The translations under genes and the position numbers were made by a program. A stretch of DNA of 56,874 nt, taken from assembly GCA_016208765.1 (NCBI GenBank), contig JACQXK010000015.1, positions 1 to 56,874 on the forward strand. Reading direction: 5' to 3'. The notes under the pieces were generated by a model that saw only the letters and a program-made list of their open reading frames with translations, searched no databases and was not told the origin of the DNA. Positions within the stretch are counted from its first letter, which is position 1. The number at the start of each line of letters is the position of its first letter. Of the stretch, positions 9,801 to 16,939 are shown in pieces. The DNA comes from Candidatus Omnitrophota bacterium (GTDB lineage Bacteria; Omnitrophota; Gorgyraeia; Gygaellales; Profunditerraquicolaceae).

Positions 9801-10071
9801 TTTTAAGAAAAGTGCGGAAACCGCAAGATGAAACAGCCTGCCATGCTTTGTTTGCCGGCTGAAATTCCATGATAGCATGGTCCTTGTCTTTGGTGCCGAA
9901 ACTGCATACACATTGCGCCCTGTTTACATAAAAAACCCACATTGGAATACCGTATTTTCCGGCAATTCCCGGGAAGAAGTTAGCAAACGGCTTGGAAAGG
10001 TTGTAATTTTCTATGACAAATTCGCCTGATGAATTAAGATGATATTTTGTTTTTTCTGTGGTTTTAGCCAT
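6817..10071 (-). CDS. large cytoplasmic protein, GH94/cellobiose-phosphorylase-like (alpha/alpha)6 superfamily (tentative)
   Basis: 1084-aa ORF with SD (GGAGAAATC) and no signal peptide. Motifs FANFFPGIAGKYGIPMWVFYVNR and GSYRDMNQNRRSD resemble the R-D-x-N-Q-D region of glycoside phosphorylases as I recall it. The function is not secure. Confidence 0.45.
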   Translation of the reverse strand: MAKTTEKTKYHLNSSGEFVIENYNLSKPFANFFPGIAGKYGIPMWVFYVNRAQCVCSFGTKDKDHAIMEFQPANKAWQAVSSCGFRTFLKISSAKKDYFYEPFQATLNNSGFKISNAMYILPEGLRLEETNTTFGIKVTVEYFNIPNDNYAGLARIVSIKNLSRTPKKIQILDGIPQIVPFGTANFFLKKLGRTIEAWMRVENLENNAPFYKLAVQPHDRPEVVHIKEGNFYLGFYQDKNKTRIIKPITDPENIFGQVTDFAFPDKFKDNSRFMPPKNEKVTSKTPCAFLFADFQIAGNSEKNIYSVSGQMRSAATLNSAIKRIASAEYFRNKQKENQELIANLQKDIQTQSSSREFDLYAKNTYLDNILRGGYPVVFNSSEQKNVFYLYSRKHGDLERDYNKFQLQPAYFSQGNGSYRDMNQNRRSDLWFNPEIKETNLVDFFNLIQADGFNPLTIKGTVFLLKNEPELGNSLKDCLNDKQLGEIISFTKKPFSPGEVILFLEEHRIKPIISYDDFLGILIHNSTRIQDAEHGEGFWTDHWTYNLDLLESYLSIYPEKSEEIIFHKRAFTFYDNWEVVKPRSEKYVFYNGLPRQLHALKIDNAKKDLIKKRSEQPHVARSSFGQGEIYQTTLINKLLCLLANKLSSFDPSGCGIEMEAEKPNWYDALNGLPALFGSSLCETFELKRLILIIESILEKTTVKKVKVTEEIYDLLVGINSLINNYFIGTSDEKDYLYWDSSASLKEDYRQKIHFGFIGSEPEIDSPELLIIIENALRKVNLAIEKGLDKKINIYCSYFFHEVTEYETISEHSFKPKKFTQKRVPHFLEGQMHALRLSEDKKTAQQLYKATKNSELFDKKLKMYKVTASLNSMPEEIGRCRVFTPGWLENESIWLHMEYKYLLELLKQGLNEEFFEEFKNLLIPFQKPERYGRSILENSSFIVSSAFPDTKLHGNGFVARLSGSTAEFIEMWLLMNIGKKPFFVNESGNLNFKLSPCLPGWMFTKKEKTYTFNLFSNIKVIYYNKGRADTFGKNCAKINKITFRDKDNNPVEINSNTIPEPFAEQLRNRQINTIEVYFSSPALKTT

Positions 10072-10136
10072 GATTTCTCCTTAGCTGATAGATTGAAATA
10101 TTCTACCTGTTTTATTGCTTTTGTCCATAAAAAATA

Positions 10137-10164
10137 TTGCGGTTAGTAAAAAGTGTGCTATAAT
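10137..10164 (+). promoter_or_regulatory. sigma70-like promoter for the HEPN/MNT pair
   Basis: TTGCGG, then 16 nt, then TGcTATAAT (extended -10). The predicted TSS is about 2-3 nt before the ATG at 10174, implying a nearly leaderless mRNA. Confidence 0.45.
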
Positions 10165-10173
10165 AATTGGCAT

Positions 10174-10569
10174 ATGAGCGATAATGCTAAATATCTTAAT
10201 GAATGGTTGCAACAAGCTGAATATGATTTGGCCACAGCTAAAGCAATGCTTGATGCTGGCAGGAATATTTATTGCGTATTTATGTGTCACTTATCCCTTG
10301 AAAAAGCGCTTAAAGCAGCTTATTTGAAGAAAATTGATAAGGTTCCTCCTAAAATCCACAGTCTTATATATTTAGCGCAAAGTTCAGAGGTATCTTTAGC
10401 AAAGGATCATAAAGATTTTATAGAGAGTCTTGATGAGGTGAGCGTTCCTGCAAGGTATCCGACGGAGCTTGATTCAGCTTTAAAGGATTATGATAAAAAT
10501 AGGACGGAAGGGATTTTCAATAAAAGCAGGGAGATATTAGAATGGCTGAAGTTAGAATTAAAGAAGTAG
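10174..10569 (+). CDS. HEPN domain protein
   Basis: LQQAEYDLATAKAMLDAGRNIYCVFMCHLSLEKALKA and VPARYPTE are typical of PF05168-type HEPN. The listed GTG at 10153 lies inside the promoter, so I prefer the ATG at 10174. Confidence 0.8.
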   Translation: MSDNAKYLNEWLQQAEYDLATAKAMLDAGRNIYCVFMCHLSLEKALKAAYLKKIDKVPPKIHSLIYLAQSSEVSLAKDHKDFIESLDEVSVPARYPTELDSALKDYDKNRTEGIFNKSREILEWLKLELKK

Positions 10570-10871
10570 TTGGGCTTATACTTGATTTTTTGGCTCAACG
10601 CAATATTAAAGTTGACAAGGCAGTTCTTTTTGGTTCTCAGGCGAGAGGGGATTTTAGGGAGGATAGCGATATAGATATAGCTATCGTTTCAAAAGATTTT
10701 GAGGGAAAGGATATTTTTCAAAAGGCGCAAATGTTAAAAGGCCTAAAATGGTTTTTGATAGAAAAAATTTGTTTGCCGTTTGATATTATTCCGCTTTCGC
10801 CTTCTGAATGGGACAGCCCCTCTTTAATTGCGCAGTTTGCAAGAGAAGGGACGGAAATAAGTTTATATTAG
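10542..10871 (+). CDS. minimal nucleotidyltransferase (MNT), partner of HEPN
   Basis: LFGSQARGDFREDSDIDIAIV is the G-S-x(n)-D-x-D pol-beta NTase motif. SD GGGAGA is present. The gene overlaps the HEPN gene by 28 nt. Confidence 0.85.
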   Translation: MAEVRIKEVVGLILDFLAQRNIKVDKAVLFGSQARGDFREDSDIDIAIVSKDFEGKDIFQKAQMLKGLKWFLIEKICLPFDIIPLSPSEWDSPSLIAQFAREGTEISLY

Positions 10872-10887
10872 AAAATTGTAAAAAAAC

Positions 10888-10915
10888 TTGAAATATGGCG
10901 ATTTTGTGGTAAACT
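10888..10915 (+). promoter_or_regulatory. candidate promoter of the giant secreted-protein gene
   Basis: TTGAAA, then 16 nt, then TGgTAAACT (extended -10-like). Confidence 0.3.
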
Positions 10916-10990
10916 TACTTCATTGTTAAAAAATTAGGCTTCTAAGGCTTTGGAGGAGCTTTAGAAACGGATTTTGCAGGTTAAATTTTG

Positions 10991-11036
10991 AATCCGGATT
11001 GACTTATAAAATTGTCAGTCCGGATTTTTATTTTTA
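10991..11036 (+). terminator. strong terminator-like hairpin in the leader of the 11050 gene
   Basis: 13-bp stem AATCCGGATTGAC / GTCAGTCCGGATT (12 Watson-Crick pairs plus 1 GU) with a 10-nt loop, followed by TTTATTTTTAT. The SD AAGGAGG starts immediately after it. Confidence 0.6.
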
Positions 11037-11049
11037 TAAGGAGGAATAG

Positions 11050-14000
11050 ATGTCAAAAAAAATCAATAAGGTGGTAGCGTTATTTTTAACAATTTCATTT
11101 GTTTTTCAGCAGGTTGGCTTTGCGCAGATCGCTGGTGTAGAGTTAAATTTGGCAGGCGCTTTGGTAAGAATGCAGGGTAATGTGGTTACGGATAAATTCC
11201 GCCCTGCGCATATGAGATTTTTCTCTTATGACAGCCTGCATAATAATTTTAAGCTGATTTTGGACAAAGGTGACCTTAAAAATCTTAAGGGAACTGAACT
11301 TGATAATGTTTCTAAAGAATTGATGAATTATTTTTTGGTTGGGGTTACTTTAAACAACGATGCTTTTTGGGTAAACTTACGCCCAGACTCAGAAAATGAA
11401 ATAATTGATAATTTATTGGCTAAAACTGATGTGGGTAAAATTATGCTGGAAGCAGATCTTGAGCTTAAAAAAGATACTGCAAGCTTTACCTCTCCACAGA
11501 CCACTGAAGGCAAAGCTTATTGGAATAAATTATATAAGAAGGCAGAAGAGTTGTTTGGTTCAGATCAGATAACTATCCCAACTTTAACCCGCCCGTGGAT
11601 TGTGCCGGATGAAGTAATTGTGCGTGAGAATAAGGATTCGGCGTATGTTTACAAGGCCAGCTTGAAAGTGATGCTGGAGCAGGATCATTTGAAAAATTCG
11701 GTAAAGTATTCTTTTAAGGATCCGCGGCAAAAAGAATTAAATGAATACTCCAGTCAGTTGATCCGGGAGTTGATCATTCCAAAACTTAATAGGGAGGTAA
11801 ATACATCCAAGAAATATTCCCAGCTAAGGCAGGTTTTATTTTCATTGATACTTTCTCGTTGGTTTAAGAGCCGTTTTCAGGGGAAAGCAGGTGATTACGC
11901 GGCATTAATAAATAAAGCTAACCTGGCGAATCTAACCTCAAAAACTGCCTGGTCAGCAACTACTTATTTTAAAGCCTACCAGGAGTCTTTTAATAAAGGT
12001 GAATATAATATAAAGGAACCGGTTTACACGCCTACAGGCCAAGTGATCAGGAGTTATTTTAGCGGTGGCGCTGATTTAACTGGAAAATCTCTCCCAGCAT
12101 TTGGAAACACAGCAGCAAGCCCGTTAGGATTTGGAGCATTGCCCGGCATAGGAGATATTACTAGTGCGTTAAAAAACAATCGGGACATGGTTTCTGTAGG
12201 TGGCGCTGATAAGTCAGCAGCCAGCCCGATATCAGCCGAGTATGCTGCACAAATGCTCAAGAACATACTTTCCCGGTTAGAAGATGAGTTAGATACAAAT
12301 CTATTAAATCAAGCGCGTAATCTGCTTGAGAATGAACCACTAAAGACAGCACTGCACCAAAAAGATCAGGTATATCAAAATCAGGGTTTTATTAATCAAG
12401 TAATAAATATATTTCTGGGTATTAAAATAAAAGGCGAGCGGACAATCCCAGAATTGCAATCAGTATTAACTATTGGCAGTCTAATAAGTAGTAATTTTCT
12501 TCAACAACTCTCAGGCAAGTTTTTGGAAAGAATATATGACCAGGTTCGTGGTTCCTTTGTTGAGGAGAATATAAGGAGTATGGCAATTCTGTTTGATAGC
12601 GAACTTGGAAGGTCTTTCTTAAATCCAAATTCATTTAAGAAGCTTATAGAAATATTCTTGAGTAATGTAGTGTCAGAGATAGACAATATGATGCCACCAC
12701 CATCATACAAGAATGATGAAAGATTAATTTTAATAGAAAGATATGGTTCTAAGGTATTGAAAGATTTTATTATTCCTAACTGTCGGTTTATCATTGGTGG
12801 ACAAGACACTGGTATTTTTGATACAGTGCTTAGTAACTTAGATGATATTGGGCCAGGTATTGATATTAAAAATGAGTTTGACAAGATGAATAAAGAGCAG
12901 TTTATTAAATTCTACAATCATTTATTCTCTGCGCTATTATTTTCTAAAAAGCGTACCGTTGACGGCGATAACAAAATTATTGAACAAATAAAAGATATAT
13001 CATCGGTATATTTTTCGGGATCCTCTCCGCTGCAGTCAGCAGGAAGCCCGGTGGAGGATAATGAAGCTTTAAAATTGCTCTCCGGATACGTACGTGACTT
13101 TAAGGATGCTTTTAATCGCTGTATGAGAGAAATATCCCAATCTGTTATTGGTATAACATCCTCTAGTGGTTCTGTCGGGCTTGTAATGAGTGGAAGTATA
13201 ATAGATGGATCTCTTGGTACAATGAGAACATCTATTGATGAATTAGATAAGTTTGAATTAGAGAATGTTCCTAAGGATAGAATTAGTACCTATTTGACTA
13301 CATTAGGAGCGCTTAAAAAAGAAGTTGAGAGTGCCGCGAAAAATGATTCTGTTAGAAGGAATGACTATCATAGGGTTCAAGCGCTCGTTTCAGAATTCAT
13401 TGATAAATTAACTGGTATTCAGAAGGTTCCAAGTGGTCCACAAGCGGGATCATCTAGCCCGGTTGGGGAAGGCGCTTCATTTAAAGCCACAGATATGAGT
13501 AATGCTTTTCTTAGATTTAAAGGGACGCTCAATCTAATGCCGGAAGTTAATAAACAAAGGGGAATGAGGCCTGGAAATCTCGCTCTTGCAGTTTCTACTG
13601 AAGCATTAGAAGAAACCCTTAACATTCTTAAGGATATTCTTGAAGGAGTAGATGTTTTGATAGAAAAAGCAGAAATAAATCGGGCGTTGGATCTTTTGAG
13701 AAATTACAAAGAACAGCTTAAGGGTGATTTGGACCCGACTGGTCCAATGTATAAATATCTTTGGTTAATAAGAGATGCTGATGATGCTATTGGAAAAGCT
13801 ATTAAGAAATTGGAAGGAAAATCGGCGGCTTCTAGGGGAGGAGCAAGCAGCGCATTGTTAAATGATGGCTCCGCGAAGGAAAGGGAAAAAATATGGCAGC
13901 CCGATGAGATAGATGCGGCAATTGCTCAGGCTGAGAAAACTAATGTGACTGGTCCGAATACTAATGATGATTATCGTGCTGTTGTTCGTTTAGCTGATAT

Positions 14001-15435
14001 TTCGGGAATGAGCGAAGGTCAATTCCGGAAAGTGGAAAGATTATTATTAACCTTAGTTACAACAGAAGCTTCTGGGAAATTATTAGGAGTAATGGCCGAA
14101 AAAACTTTGGCCGCAGTGCGCGCCAATCATTCGCGATTTTCCCATGCGCAATCTGTTAAGCAAAATCAGCCGGTAGTTACAGGCTTTCTTCGTGAAACAC
14201 AGTCTCCCAAAGAAATTGAAACTATTATCAGGCTATTCTCCGGGTTGTTAGAAGAATTGCAGTATTCAAAAGGGAACGAGCCTGAGAGGCGTTTAGCTAT
14301 AGATATGCTGGGAAATTTAGGCGGAATGAACAAGGAGCAATTTTTTAGAGTAGTTGAGACTATTCATAAGTATCTGTTTTATAGTTCGTTTCGTTATTTT
14401 GAAATTGCCGCAGAAAACTTAAGAGGCCTATTTGTATGGTATTACCCAATCAGAGACCCTGAAAATAAAAAGCTTTTTGATAAATTTGAAGAAAATCTTG
14501 ATAGGATTAGAAAGCTGGAAGAAAATGGAGCTGCAGAATCTTCTCGGAAAATCGCCTTTATTATATCCTTGTTGAAAGATTTTGAATTATATAAAAAGAA
14601 TGGAAGGTTTTTAATGCTTGAAGAACTGGCTCCAATAACTACTCCTGTTATTTATAAAAATCTTGCTAAGGATGCGGTTACATATTATGTGCGGGATTTG
14701 GTTAATTCTAACAAAAACAAACCACTGGGCGGGGTGGGGGAGATAAATATTGCTTTACTTCAAGCTCAAATTGATAAGGCTGTTGAGCGGCTTGCTACTT
14801 TTGTGCATGGAGAATTTATTAATGGGCAAATTCCTGTTTATTCGGATGATAGGCAGCAAATTCAGGCATTTATGCAGGCAGCAGGCAGAATATTAGAAAA
14901 CAAAAATTACTGGTGGGTTAAGGCAAGCATTAATCAGGCGGCATATCATATGCGGCTGATTGAAGAGGCGCAACAGAAGGAAGTAATGAGCTCTTCTTCG
15001 GTAAATTCTGATTTAGATAATGTGAAGAGAGCTATTGGGAATGGTGACGAGTCATGGCTTGGGGAGTTATCAGGAAGCTTAGATCCTGAAGCGGCTCGCA
15101 TGGCGCAAAATGCCCTTTCTGATATGCGTAATAGACAAAATCAAAATCCTAGAGGTGATGGTAGATACTATAGTGGCAGGAGAGATACTCCATATTTTAA
15201 TAATGTGAATAGAATTGAAGAGTATTGGAAAGTGAGAGATGACTGGGGCAAGAGTAGAGGTTCTTCTGCTATCACGACAGCAGCGAGCCCTGCTGGTTCT
15301 CTTGATTCCAGTGGGATTTTAGATGTTGCTGCAATGGCGGATTCGGGATTTAATTACAAGGAAGAATATTCGTGTTTCCTCGCCATTAGCCACAGACTGG
15401 ATTTACTTGCGAGACAATTTCAAAAATATCTTTGA
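11050..15435 (+). CDS. modular secreted protein of unknown function (frame A, 1461 aa)
   Basis: AAGGAGG SD. Signal peptide MSKKINKVVALFLTISFVFQQVGFAQ. Helical modules are separated by Ser/Pro linkers (AASPLG, AASPISAEY, GSSPLQSAGSPVED, GSSSPVGEG, AASPAGS). It ends TGA TAA. Confidence 0.8.
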   Translation: MSKKINKVVALFLTISFVFQQVGFAQIAGVELNLAGALVRMQGNVVTDKFRPAHMRFFSYDSLHNNFKLILDKGDLKNLKGTELDNVSKELMNYFLVGVTLNNDAFWVNLRPDSENEIIDNLLAKTDVGKIMLEADLELKKDTASFTSPQTTEGKAYWNKLYKKAEELFGSDQITIPTLTRPWIVPDEVIVRENKDSAYVYKASLKVMLEQDHLKNSVKYSFKDPRQKELNEYSSQLIRELIIPKLNREVNTSKKYSQLRQVLFSLILSRWFKSRFQGKAGDYAALINKANLANLTSKTAWSATTYFKAYQESFNKGEYNIKEPVYTPTGQVIRSYFSGGADLTGKSLPAFGNTAASPLGFGALPGIGDITSALKNNRDMVSVGGADKSAASPISAEYAAQMLKNILSRLEDELDTNLLNQARNLLENEPLKTALHQKDQVYQNQGFINQVINIFLGIKIKGERTIPELQSVLTIGSLISSNFLQQLSGKFLERIYDQVRGSFVEENIRSMAILFDSELGRSFLNPNSFKKLIEIFLSNVVSEIDNMMPPPSYKNDERLILIERYGSKVLKDFIIPNCRFIIGGQDTGIFDTVLSNLDDIGPGIDIKNEFDKMNKEQFIKFYNHLFSALLFSKKRTVDGDNKIIEQIKDISSVYFSGSSPLQSAGSPVEDNEALKLLSGYVRDFKDAFNRCMREISQSVIGITSSSGSVGLVMSGSIIDGSLGTMRTSIDELDKFELENVPKDRISTYLTTLGALKKEVESAAKNDSVRRNDYHRVQALVSEFIDKLTGIQKVPSGPQAGSSSPVGEGASFKATDMSNAFLRFKGTLNLMPEVNKQRGMRPGNLALAVSTEALEETLNILKDILEGVDVLIEKAEINRALDLLRNYKEQLKGDLDPTGPMYKYLWLIRDADDAIGKAIKKLEGKSAASRGGASSALLNDGSAKEREKIWQPDEIDAAIAQAEKTNVTGPNTNDDYRAVVRLADISGMSEGQFRKVERLLLTLVTTEASGKLLGVMAEKTLAAVRANHSRFSHAQSVKQNQPVVTGFLRETQSPKEIETIIRLFSGLLEELQYSKGNEPERRLAIDMLGNLGGMNKEQFFRVVETIHKYLFYSSFRYFEIAAENLRGLFVWYYPIRDPENKKLFDKFEENLDRIRKLEENGAAESSRKIAFIISLLKDFELYKKNGRFLMLEELAPITTPVIYKNLAKDAVTYYVRDLVNSNKNKPLGGVGEINIALLQAQIDKAVERLATFVHGEFINGQIPVYSDDRQQIQAFMQAAGRILENKNYWWVKASINQAAYHMRLIEEAQQKEVMSSSSVNSDLDNVKRAIGNGDESWLGELSGSLDPEAARMAQNALSDMRNRQNQNPRGDGRYYSGRRDTPYFNNVNRIEEYWKVRDDWGKSRGSSAITTAASPAGSLDSSGILDVAAMADSGFNYKEEYSCFLAISHRLDLLARQFQKYL

Positions 15436-16114
15436 TAAAGTAGTTTCTGATACATTTACTAAATATGATAGGATAATAGTTTATAAATCAGGCTGGAGCC
15501 TAGTGCTGACTTCTTCTGGCTCTGAAACATCAGTAGAGGCAACAGATGATAAAGGAAATTTTGTTTTTAAAAGAAGTCAGCCACTTGAGCCTTTAGAGTT
15601 AGGATATGCTGAGTCAGGTTGGATTATTATATCAACAATGGAAAAAGAGTCAGTAATCAGAGAATTCTTGGCACAAGAAATTGCTGATGAAGCAAAGAAA
15701 GCCAGCTCATCATTAATTACTCCAAATCAAAAAGGCGGTATTGATTTTAGAGACAGGGCAATGCAGATTAAGTATGAAGCTCTGGGGAGTTTTAGCAAAC
15801 TTGATTTTTCAAAGCTTAGCTCAAATCCTGCTTTAGCGAAGATGAACCTTGATGCTGAATGGAAACAGATAAGCACAGCAGTGGGGAATGGCTATGTAAT
15901 TTCTGGACAAAGAATTGAAGAGTTTATAATTGCTTGTAACCAGAAAGGCCAGCTTAATACCAGGGCTGATGAACTACTTTGTTTCTTAGCTGATTATTGC
16001 AGGCTTCTTGAAAAAGAATGCTGTTCTACACTATTTTTTTGTTCAGTAATAAAAATTTCTGCTCGCACACGAGATTTTTTGCCGTGTGCTTCGGTTTACG
16101 GCTCACTCTCGTAA
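15323..16114 (+). CDS. probable C-terminal continuation of the 11050 gene in the +1 frame, with its 3' end apparently truncated
   Basis: There is no plausible start or SD. The sequence continues the linker/module grammar (VSSPLATDWIYLRDNFKNIF; KKASSSLITPNQKGGIDFRD). The last ~30 codons (STLFFCSVIKISARTRDFLPCASVYGSLS) read into a hairpin element and look non-genic. Confidence 0.55.
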   Translation: MLLQWRIRDLITRKNIRVSSPLATDWIYLRDNFKNIFDKVVSDTFTKYDRIIVYKSGWSLVLTSSGSETSVEATDDKGNFVFKRSQPLEPLELGYAESGWIIISTMEKESVIREFLAQEIADEAKKASSSLITPNQKGGIDFRDRAMQIKYEALGSFSKLDFSKLSSNPALAKMNLDAEWKQISTAVGNGYVISGQRIEEFIIACNQKGQLNTRADELLCFLADYCRLLEKECCSTLFFCSVIKISARTRDFLPCASVYGSLS

Positions 16115-16208
16115 CGGGTTTCGCAAAACCTGTGTACTCTCGTTCGCCGTAAAACCTAGCACACTAGTAATTATAGCGATGCCAAAAAATCTCTGATTGT
16201 GTGCTCAC
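16061..16208. repeat. ~150-nt long imperfect inverted repeat (hairpin element)
   Basis: Paired blocks are GCACAC/GTGTGC, GAGATTTTTT/AAAAAATCTC, GTGTGCT/AGCACAC, GGTTTACGGC/GCCGTAAAACC and GGTTT-cgc-AAACC at the centre (~16122). Confidence 0.6.
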
Positions 16209-16259
16209 AGAAACTTTTATTGCTTTAGATATCATGATAGTACAAAATGAATTAAAGCC

Positions 16260-16285
16260 GTAACGGAGGTTTAAACCTCCGTTAC
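16260..16285. repeat. perfect 26-nt palindrome
   Basis: GTAACGGAGGTTTAAACCTCCGTTAC is self-complementary. Confidence 0.9.
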
Positions 16286-16329
16286 AGTCCTCCCAGGTTA
16301 GAATTATAACTTTTATTTTTACGGGTGAC

Positions 16330-16600
16330 AAGGCATGTTTTAAGCAGCACGTTAGAAAGCTCTTGCGGGCATGGTTCGCCCGCTATCACATAGTTGGCGA
16401 GAGCAAGAGCTTTCGCCCGAGCGAAGATTTTCCACGCAGGGGAAAATCAAGCGGTGCTGCGAGAAATATGCCTTGGCACCCGAATACGCTAAGTGTTACC
16501 GAGAAACACAAGCCAAGGCAGAGTTTAAGTGAATAAATCTCGTGAGCGAAGAGAAATTTTTGTTGCTGATAAATTTCCCAGATAAACTTCACATATCACT
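16330..16600 (+). other. relatively GC-rich multi-hairpin non-coding region (candidate ncRNA or element remnant; strand uncertain)
   Basis: Stems seen: AAAGCTCTTGC..GCAAGAGCTTT (11 bp), GGGC..GCCC, TTCGC-ccga-GCGAA, ATTTTCC..GGAAAAT, TGCCTTGGC..GCCAAGGCA (9 bp) enclosing GTGTT..AACAC, and GAAATTT..AAATTTC. I recognised no Rfam family. Confidence 0.35.
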
Positions 16601-16650
16601 TTACTTTTCTTATTAAGGTAATATAATTATATTTTAATTAAGGAGCAGAG

Positions 16651-16938
16651 ATGGCAATAGACAAAAAGACAGTGGAATATGTGGCGCATTTGGCGCGTAT
16701 TGAGTTGCAGGATAAGGAGTTAGAGAAGTTGTCTTCGCAATTGCATGATATTTTGGGTTTTATTGATAAATTATCAGAGTTGGATACAAAAGATGTCCTG
16801 CCTACAAGCCATATTCTGCCCATTAATAATGTTCTTCGTAATGATCAACCAGGACAATCATTAACTCCGGCTAAAGCATTAGAAAATGCGCCAAGCTCAG
16901 AAGGAAATTTCTTTACTGTGCCAAAGGTAATTGAATAA
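16651..16938 (+). CDS. gatC: Asp/Glu-tRNA amidotransferase subunit C
   Basis: SD AAGGAGCAGAG. 95 aa with [30 protein letters not shown], typical of GatC. It is followed by gatA and gatB. Confidence 0.9.
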   Translation: MAIDKKTVEYVAHLARIELQDKELEKLSSQLHDILGFIDKLSELDTKDVLPTSHILPINNVLRNDQPGQSLTPAKALENAPSSEGNFFTVPKVIE

Positions 16939-16939
16939 T

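Noticed and set aside
10153-10173. GTG 10153 as the HEPN start; likewise TTG 38943 for PilZ, 36614 for pdxJ, 47900 for cimA, TTG 16931 for gatA, GTG 23355 for the bactofilin gene and TTG 3063 for the OM protein
   Set aside because: The ORF-track starts are the most upstream possible codons. Downstream ATGs have better SD spacing, match homologue N-termini, or avoid overlapping a promoter, a tRNA or the neighbouring gene.
16469-16525. SRP (4.5S) RNA, because AGCCAAGGCAGA matches a stretch of E. coli 4.5S RNA
   Set aside because: The flanking sequence lacks the GNRA-capped helix 8 with its conserved symmetric and asymmetric loops. The match simply forms the 3' half of a 9-bp hairpin. I also saw no RNase P (GGAAAGUCC), tmRNA or known riboswitch cores on either strand.
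16371-16532. 53-codon ORF (MVRPLSHSWREQELSPERRFSTQGKIKRCCEKYALAPEYAKCYRETQAKAEFK) in the structured spacer
   Set aside because: It has no SD, and its codons coincide with stem-loop arms. I recognise no homology. I kept it only as a remote possibility of an element-encoded peptide.
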